Shown piece by piece: positions 23,601 through 36,403 of a stretch of DNA of 64,000 bases (the stretch's first letter is position 1; each line of letters opens with the position of its first letter). Source of the stretch: Catajapyx aquilonaris. Lineage: Eukaryota. The notes beneath the pieces are model-generated. The model was not told the DNA's origin and ran no database searches. It was given only the letters and a program-made list of their open reading frames with translations. Position numbers and translations under genes: made by a program. The stretch is taken from the NCBI GenBank assembly GCA_000934665.2, contig KZ538361.1, positions 1 to 64,000 of the forward strand, in the 5' to 3' direction.

Positions 23601-26600
23601 AATTTTGTGAAGAGTCGTGTAAATTGGTGAATTTCCACCCTTTATATAAATGCCTTAATTTATTCAATAAAATGTGGGCTTATCATATGAGATCCCATTT
23701 TAATTATGTGTATATGCCTAATGCCGTCTGATGTAGAGCACAAGAATAAGAGATGGGATACACTGCAGTAGAAGTCATGACCGTGACTTTATAACGTGCG
23801 TCACATAATTGCGACACAATTTTCAATCTGCCGACGAATATTGATTCTTCATCATTTATTTGCTTGGATTGTATCTGGTATCAAACCGCAGTACTGTATA
23901 GTTCAGGCTGTTCGACCGAACTTCAGGACACTGAACACATGGGAGGATCCGTGACAGCAATAAAAGTCGAGTTGAAATAAAGAACTAAATGTAACTTAAA
24001 TGAAGAGACAAAAACTGAGGGTTAGGGAATAATGCATTTGATATATATTGCAAACCTTTCCATCACTGACTGTACCATATCATTATATGATTTATTACTA
24101 TCTAAAAAGAGGAGAAATTATCGAATTGCCTAAGGTGCACACTATGCGGAAAATTGCCTTATTTGCGCTTCTAATTAGATGTAATTTTTTTTGCGACTAT
24201 TTCTATGAGAAAACCTCAAAGTAGTCTAACCGTGACTGAGTATATTGCACTTAGAATTACGACCATCCCATTTCATGGTTTATCATGTCAATTAATCTAC
24301 ACTACTATAAGTGCATGAATAAATGAAACTTGTTCTACATATATTCTACCATTCCCGCGTGAATTTTCCGTGCTTGTTAACCGTCGGCCTAAGCAATTTC
24401 TGGCAGTGACGCATTAGGTAAACGCTTATGAAGTTTCCGCTGTATTATTATTGTTAACAGCACGTGTAAGATTATTTGATCAATTGAATGTACGGCACTG
24501 CACTCGTGTTGTCTAATGTACAACCTATTCGAAACCTCTGCAAACCGACACTGCACGACGCCAGCAATCTGAATCCGTCCACCATTAAAATTCATCCTCC
24601 ATCTTATAGTGTCAAGGTCCACTAATTTGTCCTCGCGCCACCTGATCCAACGAAACAGTGGAAGGATCTGCTAAAAGAAGTAACCATCCAGCAGCATCTC
24701 CCCCCCNCCCCCCACCTCTTGTATTCTCTGGATGGGCAATGGGAGCTTAGATAATGGCCAGGCTTTGGTGTCGGCGGCGCTTCTGTAGCTCCACCGCCGC
24801 GTGGCCAACGGATTCACCACGGCTCCAAGATGGCCCTTTTCTCCTCTTGTTTCTTTTCGCCTGCTCCAGCATTTTGGCGTCCTAGCACACTTGCTGGGGA
24901 GGAGCCTTCTGCGGACAGCTTGGAAGCCCATGCCAAATTGGACCAGCCGGCTGCATTCCGTACCTAATGGGTTACGACCCCGACACGGATAACACTCTTT
25001 TTTTTGGTAGCCCCCTTTTATTACCTCCACAACAATGACGACGGGGAGTTGACAAATAGCAACTCACCTAATCCCTTGCTTTTGCGCAGTCCGGATGGCA
25101 AAGTGGATTATGCTTGCGTTTTCTAGCAGGTTCACGCCTGTCTGAGTCTGAATGGAACGGCTCCGGATTTTTGTCCGGATTCTCCCTCTATAAGGCCACG
25201 CTGTATTATACTAACTTGTATACCAGTTTTTTTTTTTTTGGACAGGGTTTGTGCGTGTGTTCGTTCTTGAACGGCGGAATGTTGTGTCTTTCATAATTAC
25301 ATGAAGGCTCGCGTGATACTGTCCTGATTTATATGTGGGAAGTTGTATCCCAGCAGTTGCTGAAAATTGAACCCGAATCGGTAGCTTCAACCGAAATGAC
25401 CCATATTGTGTTTGTAAGAAAGTTTTTGGTCCGTTGCATAAAGGTGAAGCATACATCTCTCTTCTACCTGTGCATCCCCTCTCCATACACCTATCCCCCC
25501 ACGATTTCCGAGACTCTCTTTCGGCTTAGGCCTGAGTCTGCCATAACTCAAGTGGTTACCGCCCTGCTGTAGAGCCGATTCTTCCCCGCCATGCATCAAG
25601 TGGTAACCCCTCAGCCTGTGGGCTCACGTGACTCACATTGAAAGAAGAACGCGAAAGCTAAGGCCCCGAGTGTGGTCACGCCTCCTCCACCACTGGCACC
25701 ATTTGGATAGGGATAGTGCGTACATACGTCGTGAGTTGAACTCTCACCAAAAAACCACTGATGACGCCAGAGACATTTGACCATCCTGATAGTGAAGAAA
25801 AAAAAAACAATTCGGACCTGTCCGGTGTAACAAAACCGACCATTATGTCCCGATCTGAATGGGGTGCAACAAAAGGAGCGTGACGTTTTGATTGCAAAGA
25901 TTGGTGGCTGGAAAAGGAGCGGCAACATGTCTCTTCCGATCTAACAGCTCAATTGACTAATGAGGCGGCCACGGAGGTCATTAGTTGCATGGGGGAGGGT
26001 GGCAAAATGCAAAATGAAATCAAAGGATGAGGGTTGTGGTGGTGGAGGTTTGTTGCTGACAAATCATGAGTGACGCTGGAAGCACAAAGTCATCAATAAT
26101 TAGATGGAGAACTAAGGCGTGCATTTTCTGACCGGGCTTAAATTATGGCCCAGATTTGTAAACAAAACAATATTTTGATAGGACAAATTGTTTATTCCGG
26201 ACAATCTAACCGTCTCATTTCTGGAATACCTGTACACAACCGGATTCGGTTGTTCTCACGTGCATATAAGATGATTTTCAAAAGTTATCATCAGGCGCAT
26301 CTGATGTTTTTCACATTTAGCTGGGTAGACGCACGAAAAGTGAGCTGACGTAGAGTTGGGAGGTATATGATGGGGATACACAGGGTGCGGTGCTGCTATC
26401 CGAATAACAAAAAAAAGGTAGGAATCACGCGAGGTACTGGCCTTGAGAATCGTGCCTCAAGTGAAGCCTACCGCGTCTTTTGCCTCTATATTATGCACAC
26501 AAATCTCCACCCAGTGTACTGAAACGCAAAAAAAAACGCGCGTAAAAAACTCCACGTTTCTTCAGGCTTCAGAAACGTACAAAGTTTTATCACAAGAAAT

Positions 26601-29600
26601 TCCACAGTTCATTTCACTTTCAAGACTCGTGCATGACATTAATCATAATTACGAGCCAGAAATGAGCTCTAGTCATGAACTCTTCCCTATTGATAGCCTC
26701 TAACAGTTGTTTGCTCTGTACCGCGCAACTACGGTACGCATGGCCACTGAACTTGCCCATTCATAGCGTGTCACCTCCCAATGCTTGAGGGGGTCAACGC
26801 CGTATATCTTGATGACAATAATTATAATTGATCTGCATGAACAACCAACGATGCCTTGGGCTTTCCGACCGCAAGAGGGCAGGTAGCTAGTGTTATATAG
26901 TCTCGCAGGAAAGAGGGGGTCATCTTTCCTATACGGAACATCTGTTCTGCTGCTGGGGACGTCCCGGGCCATTCTTCGCTTGACTGTGTATAGACCCCCG
27001 AAACACCACCACCTCCTTTCCCCCGGTTTCAACCCTCTACACTGCCCCTTTTGTGTCTGCTTCATCGCTTCTTCGGCCCAACACATTCCCCTCCCATTCA
27101 CCAAATAATGGCCTGGGGTTAATGCACTGATTTGGCCCACTGGACACTTAATCCTCTTGTCCTCACTGCCTAATCCTGGGAGAAGGAGAGGGATGCTCAC
27201 TTGCTGTTTGTGGACAGCTACAAAACGCGACGGAAAAAAACCTCTAAATACAATGGACTGAAAAAAACGCCGACTCTGACAGTACCTGGTGTTTCAAAAA
27301 TCACGACATTATTTTTTTTTTCAAACAAAATGGTATAGCAAAATATCAGGCGGTGTTTGCTGGAATCCTTGTTGGAGGAGCAAACATTCTGGTCACGAGG
27401 TGGCCCAGTAGGAGTCCCTCCATTTAGAAGATCAGTGTCTGTTAGCGGATAGAACCCTCCATTTCTTCATTGAGAGGAGCCGAGGCGTCGAAACGACATA
27501 ACCACAGGTAGCTGCGTCAGGAGGGGTTTAGGGTTTTGTACGACGGAGTGGATACGCCCCTTTTTGCAGGGGCTGCCAAGGGGCAAACAATGAACTGTGG
27601 CCCCCCTGTGGTTATCCGGCCCCGGGTTATTGCATGGGGAGACAGCCTGGGATTTGTCATCATTCCTTTCCCCATCATATAGCCGGGGTTCGGTTTCGGT
27701 ATGGAAACCTATATAACACAACTGGCGATGCACCAACTTCTGGCATGCTGGGAAACCACGAAGGCGCTTAACCCTACGGCTACTGAAGGAGAAAATGTCA
27801 AAGGTGGTGCCCGGATGCTTGGCTTCATAAATTGAGCATCATCCATTGAGGGACCCACACCTCCCAGGCGGCCTCCAACCATAAATCACAAGGGGGGCTT
27901 ACAGCACCTAAGGGGGCTGCACCACACCACACAGGACCCTTTCCCACCTCCACTTCTTCATTTTTCCTCGGCCTTCTAAAGGTCCGTCAACCGCTGTTGC
28001 GCCAGGCTACAAGGAGCACAGGGCCCTAAATCTGGCTGGGGGAAAAAAATAAAATCAGATGGGTTATTAGTAAGGATTAAAACCGACCTTAAGCGGGTTA
28101 GCTCAGTGTGTATTTCGTGTCTGTCCTGCTGGAAAAATGCTTAAATAAACTGCTACTGGAATCACGGTCCTTTAGAGTGACAGTGATGAAATGTTGAGCC
28201 GGACAATAGATTAATGGAGCTGCCACTCTTTACCCTATTAGGATTACTCTAATATTAGAATGAGTTTTTTTCGCGGCTAATGCTCAGTTGTTCCATAATC
28301 TTTTAAAGCTTTGTTATTTCCAGGCTTCTCGAGGGTCATGGGTGAATGCTGGACCGGAATAGGGGAAGGCAAGTGTTTACAATTTGATTCTTTTGCTTGT
28401 TATAGTGCGTTCAGCCTTTTCAGTTACCTACCCACCTTCTATCGAAACCCAAACGCTTATCGCCTATCTTGTTTGGGTTTCGGTAGTGGGTGGTATGTAG
28501 ATAAGTCGGCGGGAGTGAAACACTCATATAAGGCTGAACGGACTATATTATTATAGAGCTTGTATGTCGCGCACTTTGAGTGCATGTAAATCGCACGTCT
28601 GAAGTCCTGAATGCTATACTAGTGTATTCAGTCGTATTGATTGGTGTACAGTGGTGAAGTTTGGGACACGTTGCATATAATAATTGCATATATGATAAGT
28701 GCCCCAGAATGAGAGCTGTCACATCAGCTTGTAAATTGTGTGGCATATTATGATACGAGTTTCGTATATTCTGCTATCGATCTACCGCTTTTGTTTCGGT
28801 TATGTTGTGCCCATTTTCAATTGTAATAATGGCCGAATTGCAGTAAGACCTACCTTGCTGGGTGCAATTCATATGGTCCATATATTTTTTTTAACATTGC
28901 GAAGGATACCGGTATAGCCTACAACTTTAGAAAATTGTTGGGCTACTACCAGAAATATTAACTTTTATTAGCTGTAACAATATTCCTGTCATATACAGAA
29001 TAAGAAACTATAGCGATATTAATTAAGCAATTCCGTGGGAAACCACGCAGTATAGGTTTATAAAAAAATAGGCTACAGTTGCGAAGAAAAAATGCTCAGA
29101 GTAAAAATAGATGAACTTGAGTAAAAAGCTTTATCTGGGAGGAATACATTGCGATGTATTTAATAAGGCCATGTAACTGACTGAATTCCGATGTAAAACA
29201 GTACAGTATGCTCTTATTGCATTGTACTCTTTTATGGTGCAAAAAAAGGTGAAAATGTACACTTTTCAAACAGATTTAATATAATAATCACCTTAAAGAC
29301 AGAGTATACTTTGCTTTAACGCATATATTCATATGCCAACTTTCCGCTATTATTTTACAAAAAATATTTGCGCTTAACTTATTGCATTCTCATAAGCGAA
29401 CCAGTGAACGCTTGCCACCAATAAGTTCGATTTATGTTGCTTTAGGCCTCCTGCATTTACCGTAAGCTGCAAGTGATGATAATTAAAACCTAGTTATTTT
29501 GTTAATCATCACATTTACTGCAGTTGGCGGAACATTTACGGCCAAATATTCTTGTTATATATGGCAGCTGTCTGAAACCGCGGTGGTTGTCCGCGCACCC

Positions 29601-31739
29601 CCCAAGAGGGGTTCGCGATGGGCTTACCCAATAAAGGGGCCCGAGAAAACATTTGGGACAATGGCTGAGTTACCGATATTGTTCAGGTAATTAATACAAT
29701 ATCAATATAGGCAGTACTTCTCAGTCGATTATATTGCACAGGGTACCGTAAAAAGCAATACGGTTTTTGTGAGATGGAAAATGTTGAAGACTATTGCTGT
29801 TGGAATCAAAGAGGAAGAAAATGACTAAATGATGCCGGGCTTGATTTGTTGAAAAAGTAATAATATTTCAGACACTAATTTTTAATTAGGTTCTCAGGAT
29901 TGTCTCTATACAGATTGTGAAATCATATGATATTTGTACATGGTTCTAGCTGATTGCTCATGCCATTTATACATATGGGCAAATATGTTTATATCATTTA
30001 TGGGGTTTCCCGTATATCTACGCGAATAAGCCATCAACTGGAACCACACATTGATTCAAAATTTGTTACTGCTTCCGTAGGGCATTTTGATTTACATTCG
30101 TACTGAAAAAAATAGAAAGATTTTTTATTGGCTACAAGAATTCTTTTTGAATATAGCTTCACTGATAATCATCTCACATACTGGAGCCCTCGTCGTGAAC
30201 TCACAGTGAGTTTATATTGCCAAAGGGTGTTAATAAATTGCTTTTCTTAGCACCTGTAGATAAAGGCGTAAAGTTTGAAATAAAAGACTACATATCGTGA
30301 AGAAAAACGTTGTGGACATAACATTCGAAAGAAACACTCATATATCCTCCATATTTTATCCAACCAAAACAGTGGGTGTTCGGTCATCGGAACGGCTTTC
30401 TTCTAGCCATGCAGAAATGAAATTATGAGAAGAAGAGTTGAAGGTGACAGGGGCCGAGGTCATTAATTCTTCGTGCAACAGCCTGATGTGAAACCCCCAT
30501 TGAATCCTCGGAAGCCAAAATCATTATTTCAGACATGACTCTTAAACTATTTACATATCAGGAAACACTAAGTAATGCAGTTATGCGCGTATTTAAATGT
30601 TGTGCTACAACAATAGCCCTCTTTTTCTTTTTTCTGTCAAAAGCTAAGTGGCTTGAAAATTTAATATTTAATACGAATCATGCTCTATTTATAGAGTGAG
30701 GTATTGGAGCATGCTTAGATGTCCGGAACTTTATACGTACCAGATAGCACATTGATTGGATACGTTCCTAAGATTTCTAAGAGAATACAGGCCTATTTTT
30801 CGTGTGCTATACACATTGTTTCAACCAATCATGACAGTCATGTTACTGTACGTCACATATTTTATCAGGCCAATTTATTGACTGGTCCCCTCTTAGTTGA
30901 TGGCTTTTTGAATGTACGTATTAGGCCGAACGTGGAGCAAATCCATGCAACACGACCCCGTGTTCAAACCATGTCAAAGGCCGGGACCTCACCCTCCCTC
31001 CAGACCAACTCACTGAGCTGTAACAATTGGACAACACCATAATTTGTAACGAATGTTTGAGGGATGCATACTGTAAATTACAGAGCGCAAAAATGCACGA
31101 CAATGCATTGGCTGCACTTGCATTCAATTTCACTTCATGACTCTGCCACCAGAAATTGTTCCGAACATCACCTGCGATTTTGTCATGCAACTAACTAGCT
31201 AGATAGTAGCTTCACTGTAGCCTATGTGTGTGATATTATTGTATGAATTATTGTTTCTTGCTATTTTCATACATAGCGCTTATGTGCCATGTAGTTATCG
31301 GCCGAGAAAAGTGATATCCTCAAGTTTCATTTTCCCATTGTTGGGGACAAGTATTTTTTCCTCATAGTGTATGAAGATTATTCTAGTGACTTTTCTTGGC
31401 CGATAGTACCTGTGGTTTGTGTTTTTTTTTAACCGGGCTGCACCACTCTGTAGGTGGATGATCTAACAGTATTTATTAATTTTTAGCAACAGTAACATCC
31501 GTTAAATCCTGGTTAGATCATCTACCTTGACTGGTGCAATCCTGTGCTTCAAGCCTGCTGTTTATTTGCTTGTGATTAGTTTTCATCCTTTCCACTGTGC
31601 CGTGTCGAAACATTTGCTCGTTTTCGTCCTTCTGCTAAAGTTAGCTGAACCTGTCAACAACCTAGTAACCATGGTAACCCACGAGTAATCTTATGGGAGA
31701 ATCATCACCAGCAGTAGCACGCTGCTAGAATATAATGTC

Positions 31740-31848
31740 AGACGCTTTCACACGAGGCCGCTGCAAGCAAAATGTAAGCGCTCCCTCTCAATGCTGATTG
31801 GCCATCGCTCTCAAGTTTTGCTTGCAACAGCCTCGCGTAAACGGGCCT
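31740..31848. mobile_element. Small palindromic MITE, possibly PIF/Harbinger-type, ~270 bp upstream of Dll exon 2
   Basis: cacacgaggccgctgcaagcaaaa is mirrored by ttttgcttgcaacagcctcgcgtaaacgggcc. Confidence 0.5.
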
Positions 31849-32119
31849 TTATAGCATAAGGACGTAAAACTCACCCATTATTATTAACCGCGAGATTTCG
31901 AGCACGTTCAGCTTGATGCCAGCCTATGTTCTCACTACCCATCTAACTTGATGCACCACTGCATGTACAAAATACAACCCTCCCTGTAATATGATTTGTC
32001 AAACTGCACACCCCCAAGTAGTTTCCACACGGCCTAGTTCTAAGTATCTGGCTGAGATGATCCGAAATAAGAGTAGGCGTAACTATTAAGCGCAGTGTTC
32101 CCCTCTTCTTTGCTGTCAG

Positions 32120-32301
32120 ACAAGGGCCACGACGACCCCACGTTGCGGGTGAACGGAAAAGGAAAGAAGATGAGAAAACCTCGAACCATCTACTCCAGTC
32201 TTCAGCTTCAGCAGTTGAACCGGCGGTTCCAACGTACCCAGTACCTGGCCCTTCCAGAGCGCGCCGAACTGGCCGCCAGCCTAGGACTCACTCAGACACA
32301 G
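32120..32301 (+). CDS. Dll: Distal-less coding exon 2: linker plus homeodomain residues 1-44 (..[52 protein letters not shown])
   Basis: Pyrimidine tract and acceptor ccctcttctttgctgtcag| at 32119. The sequence is a diagnostic Dll homeodomain. Donor CAG|GTAATC at 32301 is phase 0 at the conserved Dlx intron position. Confidence 0.98.
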
Positions 32302-35300
32302 GTAATCTCTGCCTCCACTAAAACCACACCTTTACTCCATGTATAACCTACCCCCTAAGTACATGTCAAGCATATCACACATCCTAAAACGGACAGGCTT
32401 CTGATTGCATCGGTCCGGAAATTTAGCGAAGATGGCGCTGGAGTGAACCGATGGGGGTCAATAAGACAGATTTGGTTGGATGTTGAAGGGAGGGGGATCA
32501 GAGCAAGGGGGTGACAGCACCTTGCTGGGAAGCCCCATGTAATTATCGTAGCCGCGTGCCAGGGTTTGCACCTCTGATACGGAGCCTTTGCGTGACAGCC
32601 CAAACTCAGGCTTGTCACTGAGGATGGGGAGAACCATGCATTGGGGGCAAAGTTACCCCCAGTCGACTACTTATTTTTAGTTATAACCGATTTTTTTTAA
32701 AGGGGTGGCGACACCTTGCTGGGGTTTGGGGTAGCAAGGTGAATCGCTACTTCCTCCGGCTGTGCGATGCTATCGGGGGAGTACCAAACCGGTCCGTCTG
32801 GCCTGTCATAATTACCAACTCTGTCATAAAGACTGACGTTTCCGAAGACTGCCTTTCGAGAGTCTTCCTTGTACATGGGCCAGCCGGAGGGTGGAAGTTG
32901 GCACCGGAACACTCATATTTTTTTTAAAATATCAAATACATACACATGAAATGTGTGTTGGGGGGGGGGGGGGNCCTAATTGTGGGTCACGACCGGAGCT
33001 TGGGCATCGGCAGCCTTCGCCCTTGGCATTCTTCGCCTTATTTTTCGTGGCACGGAGGCTTCTTCAAACTCCCCCCCCCCCCCTCCTTTTTTTTGTTTTA
33101 TAAGACCTTCTAATCCCGCCCAAATTCCGGTACAAGCTGACCACGATCCAGGAGTACAAACCAAGCACGATGTACTATGTACACGGCCAAAACTCTACGT
33201 ACTAGATGTCCTTCAGTTAGTGTACTTACGTAACCGTCGCCTCTGCTTATTTTTTTGTTATATACAATTTTTTTTGTAAAGTGGGTGGTGTGTTAAGGCA
33301 CGGAAGGTCTGATTTGAGATTTGCATGAGAAATTGCGTCGAGAGTGAGAATCGGTTGTAAGAATGTCGTCAGAAATTTTTGGGCGAGGAACGCACCTGAA
33401 CGAGTCGGAGGATGGCGTGACCAATCCTTATTGTGTTTCGGGCCGCTGAAAGATTGAGGAACTTGGAGACGTGAAAAATTCAGGAAACGTCAGGATGTGA
33501 ATGTAGGCGTGAAGCGGTGGGAATATATATAAAAAAACGGAGCCTATTTAATAGGTCCGCCGTAATTCGAGCAACAGGTATGGTCAGTATTATAAGAACC
33601 TTTCGAAGACGGCGAAAAGTTGTTGTGTCAGGGCGTCAGACGAGTTTGCAAAAATTCCAGCAGCCAACTCCCTGGCCTGAATTAATTACAACGTGCCGCA
33701 TATCCACTTACACATCTGACACGTGTATGTGACGTAAGAGGACTCCCATTCAGAGACCACGCAGTATTTTTATTTGCTGTATAGTAAAACGCACTCATTC
33801 CATAGAGACAATGTAGGACATGCGCATTGTTGTTGTCGAAATGAAACCTGCGGTTACCCAAAAGGGGCAATCCCTCATCAGGCCTGTTAGATGATTTCAT
33901 TTCATTTGTTGCGCTTCTTTTGCAAAGTTTCTTTTGTCATTCTGATTCCTCACAATGGCAATTCGCTGTGCGTGAAAGCTGAACCCCGTTGTGGCCGAGT
34001 TGCCTCTTCGGAAGCGGTCTTCAGACAATCCGTCCCATTGTCTTCCTCGCCCTAGGAGATTACAACAACGGAATATGTCTAGTACCTCGCCCATCATTTT
34101 CCAGAAGGAGAAAAAGAGACGAGCTTGAGAGATAAAAAAGCATATACACTGGGAGGTGGACCGTGTGCTCCGAGAGGAAACCCAGAGCAAGGTTATATAG
34201 GCGTGCATCTTTCCTGCTTCTTTTCAACCAAGGCTGTGCCAAGGAACATGCAACAGGAAATAGCGTCTTACAATTGCTAAGGGGAGGAGGGGGAGATAGA
34301 AACATACAAAAAAAAAAAGATTGTGCTCCACCGCCACCTTGCGTCAAACTTAAAATTGGGGGATCACTTGATCCTGTTGGTTGATCTGGATCATATGCAA
34401 CAGGGGTTCGACACGCTGCTGTTTTGCAGGGTTATAAAACCCGGTGTCGATTATCACCGTACATCATTAGGGGAGCAGATCATAAAAAAGGGGGGGGGGG
34501 GACGTTGATTCGGGTGCAGATATCCAGGATGCAGGTAAAAAAAAATGAAGGTAGAGGGGGTTGCTTTGGAAAGTGATTTTTTGANCCCCCACTTCTTCTT
34601 CCCTTGCTCAGGTGACCCCTCAGGGAGGGGGAAGAAGAAGGAGAAGGTGATGGGCAGGGCAGCAGAGGGGCCTGGGGCGGGGACCTTTCATGTCCACAAA
34701 AGCAATGCTTTTTGTACAGACCGCTAGAGGGGGCTTGCATGGAGCAGGAAAAAGGACACTCCGTTCCCCCTGTTATTTGTCTAATGCAACGGAGGGAGGG
34801 GGAAAAAATGGCGGCAATATCTTGTTTATATACGTGGCCGGCGAATATACAAGCAAAACGTGTAATGATTCTTGAGGGAGGAAATGCTGACCAAGGTTAT
34901 TGTTCGTCGTGTCTCTGAGCCGAGGGTGTTTGAGTTTTTATTCCCCTCGAAAGCCGAAAGGCTGTTAACAGCACTTTCTGCTTGATTTATTTTTCAAGGC
35001 CAGGCGTCAAGCTCATAACACCAGGGAATGCATAATGAAATGCTTTGGGGCCGAAGAAGAACAACCTACCTTCAAGTTCGAACCATTTTTTAACTAGTTT
35101 TTCTACCCATTCTAACTCCCGATATTTTCCACGTGCTCTATAGCTAAGAGTGCCAGGCCCAGCCATTAGAAAGTCATTATTTCCAGTACTCGAGAGCCAT
35201 TAGCGAACGGTTGGGGTTGAACCTTGCTTAAGGACTTGACAATGGCACTCGTGCAAACTCTCTTCCGCACTTGGCTAGCGGCTTTACCCACACCCCCTAC

Positions 35301-35409
35301 CCTCTCTGTCTAGAAAATGGGGAGGTGAAAATGCCAGATTCTGGCCGTGGGATCAATCAGGCGCGCTTGAATTGTGCCCGTTGTTGCCATTTGAGTCAGC
35401 GCTTCAGTA

Positions 35410-35470
35410 TGCGCTTAAGTATGGATCAAACGCGCTTAAGCACGGATCAAGCGCTTAAGCACGGATCAAA
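35410..35470. repeat. Three tandem copies of ~19-21 bp gcgcttaagcacggatcaa
   Basis: Read directly. Confidence 0.75.
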
Positions 35471-36344
35471 ACGTTAATTCGAGCGCCAGATATATATTTT
35501 TAAACGTGCTAGTGTCCACTTGCTAGAAATGGTGAAAGCAACCCTGGAGCATTTCCCATGGGTTTACGGTACTTGACAGGAGACCCCATCGTTTTACCTG
35601 CCGAGTGGAGCCCTTTGTTGGGTCCAGTCCGGTAGGAGCCTCCACCTCAACAAGCTAGGAGGGGGCAGTCGAAGCTTGACTTTGCCTCGGGTGTGTATTA
35701 CTGACACCTGAAGAGTGACGCAGCTTCTGCTGTCAGGCGTGTCAGAGAGAGGGGTGTTCCCATTGCTGATGGCGCTCTTTCGCAACACAATGAAGTCCAT
35801 AGAGATTAACCGTGGGGTTGTCCACGGGCATGTACTTGGGGGCTTGGGCACCACTTTGACTTATACTTCCTTTCGGATAGCGCCTTGCGTGTATCACGTC
35901 ACTCGAGGATGCCACATTCACAATAGTTTCCCAGGGTAGAACCTTGGTTTCGCTTGACCACACTCACATCCTCCATGCAAAATACCCGCGCAAATTGCGC
36001 AAGACCAGGTCAATCAGCTCATTTGTCTCTTTAAAAAAAACTGCTTTGTAAACAAACGGAAGATCCGCATCTGTTTCCTGGCCATTTTGCACGGTGTTGT
36101 AATCATGCCACGTGTAATCCATTCAAGTCCGAGGCGGCAAACAGGTTCGTCATAAAAGTGACAAAAACCACGTTCCAAGTATGCATGACATGAATCACGC
36201 CGTACTCCCCTTTTCTTTCTGAACTAATTTTTATTGACCTTCAGGTCAAGCCTTCATTTGATCTAGGATGGAAAAGCAGATAAGAAGCTGGTTTATTAGT
36301 GGGCCGGCTCATTATATGACGCCTTAAGAAATGAAGTGTACCTG

Positions 36345-36403
36345 CTGGCTCAGTTTGAAGTATATCTGGCTCAATTTAAAGTATATATGACTCAGTTTAA
36401 AGT
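36345..36403. repeat. Three tandem copies of a ~21 bp unit (ctggctcagtttgaagtatat)
   Basis: Read directly; copies are imperfect. Confidence 0.7.

Larger units (their letters stand above)
18254..32119 (+). other. Dll: Dll intron 1 (13,866 bp, GT-AG, phase 1)
   Basis: Defined by the flanking coding exons. Additional micro-exons cannot be excluded. Confidence 0.85.

Noticed and set aside
24707..34585. Single N bases at 24707, 32974 and 34585
   Set aside because: They lie in or next to G/C homopolymers and are assembly ambiguities; intron lengths could be slightly off.
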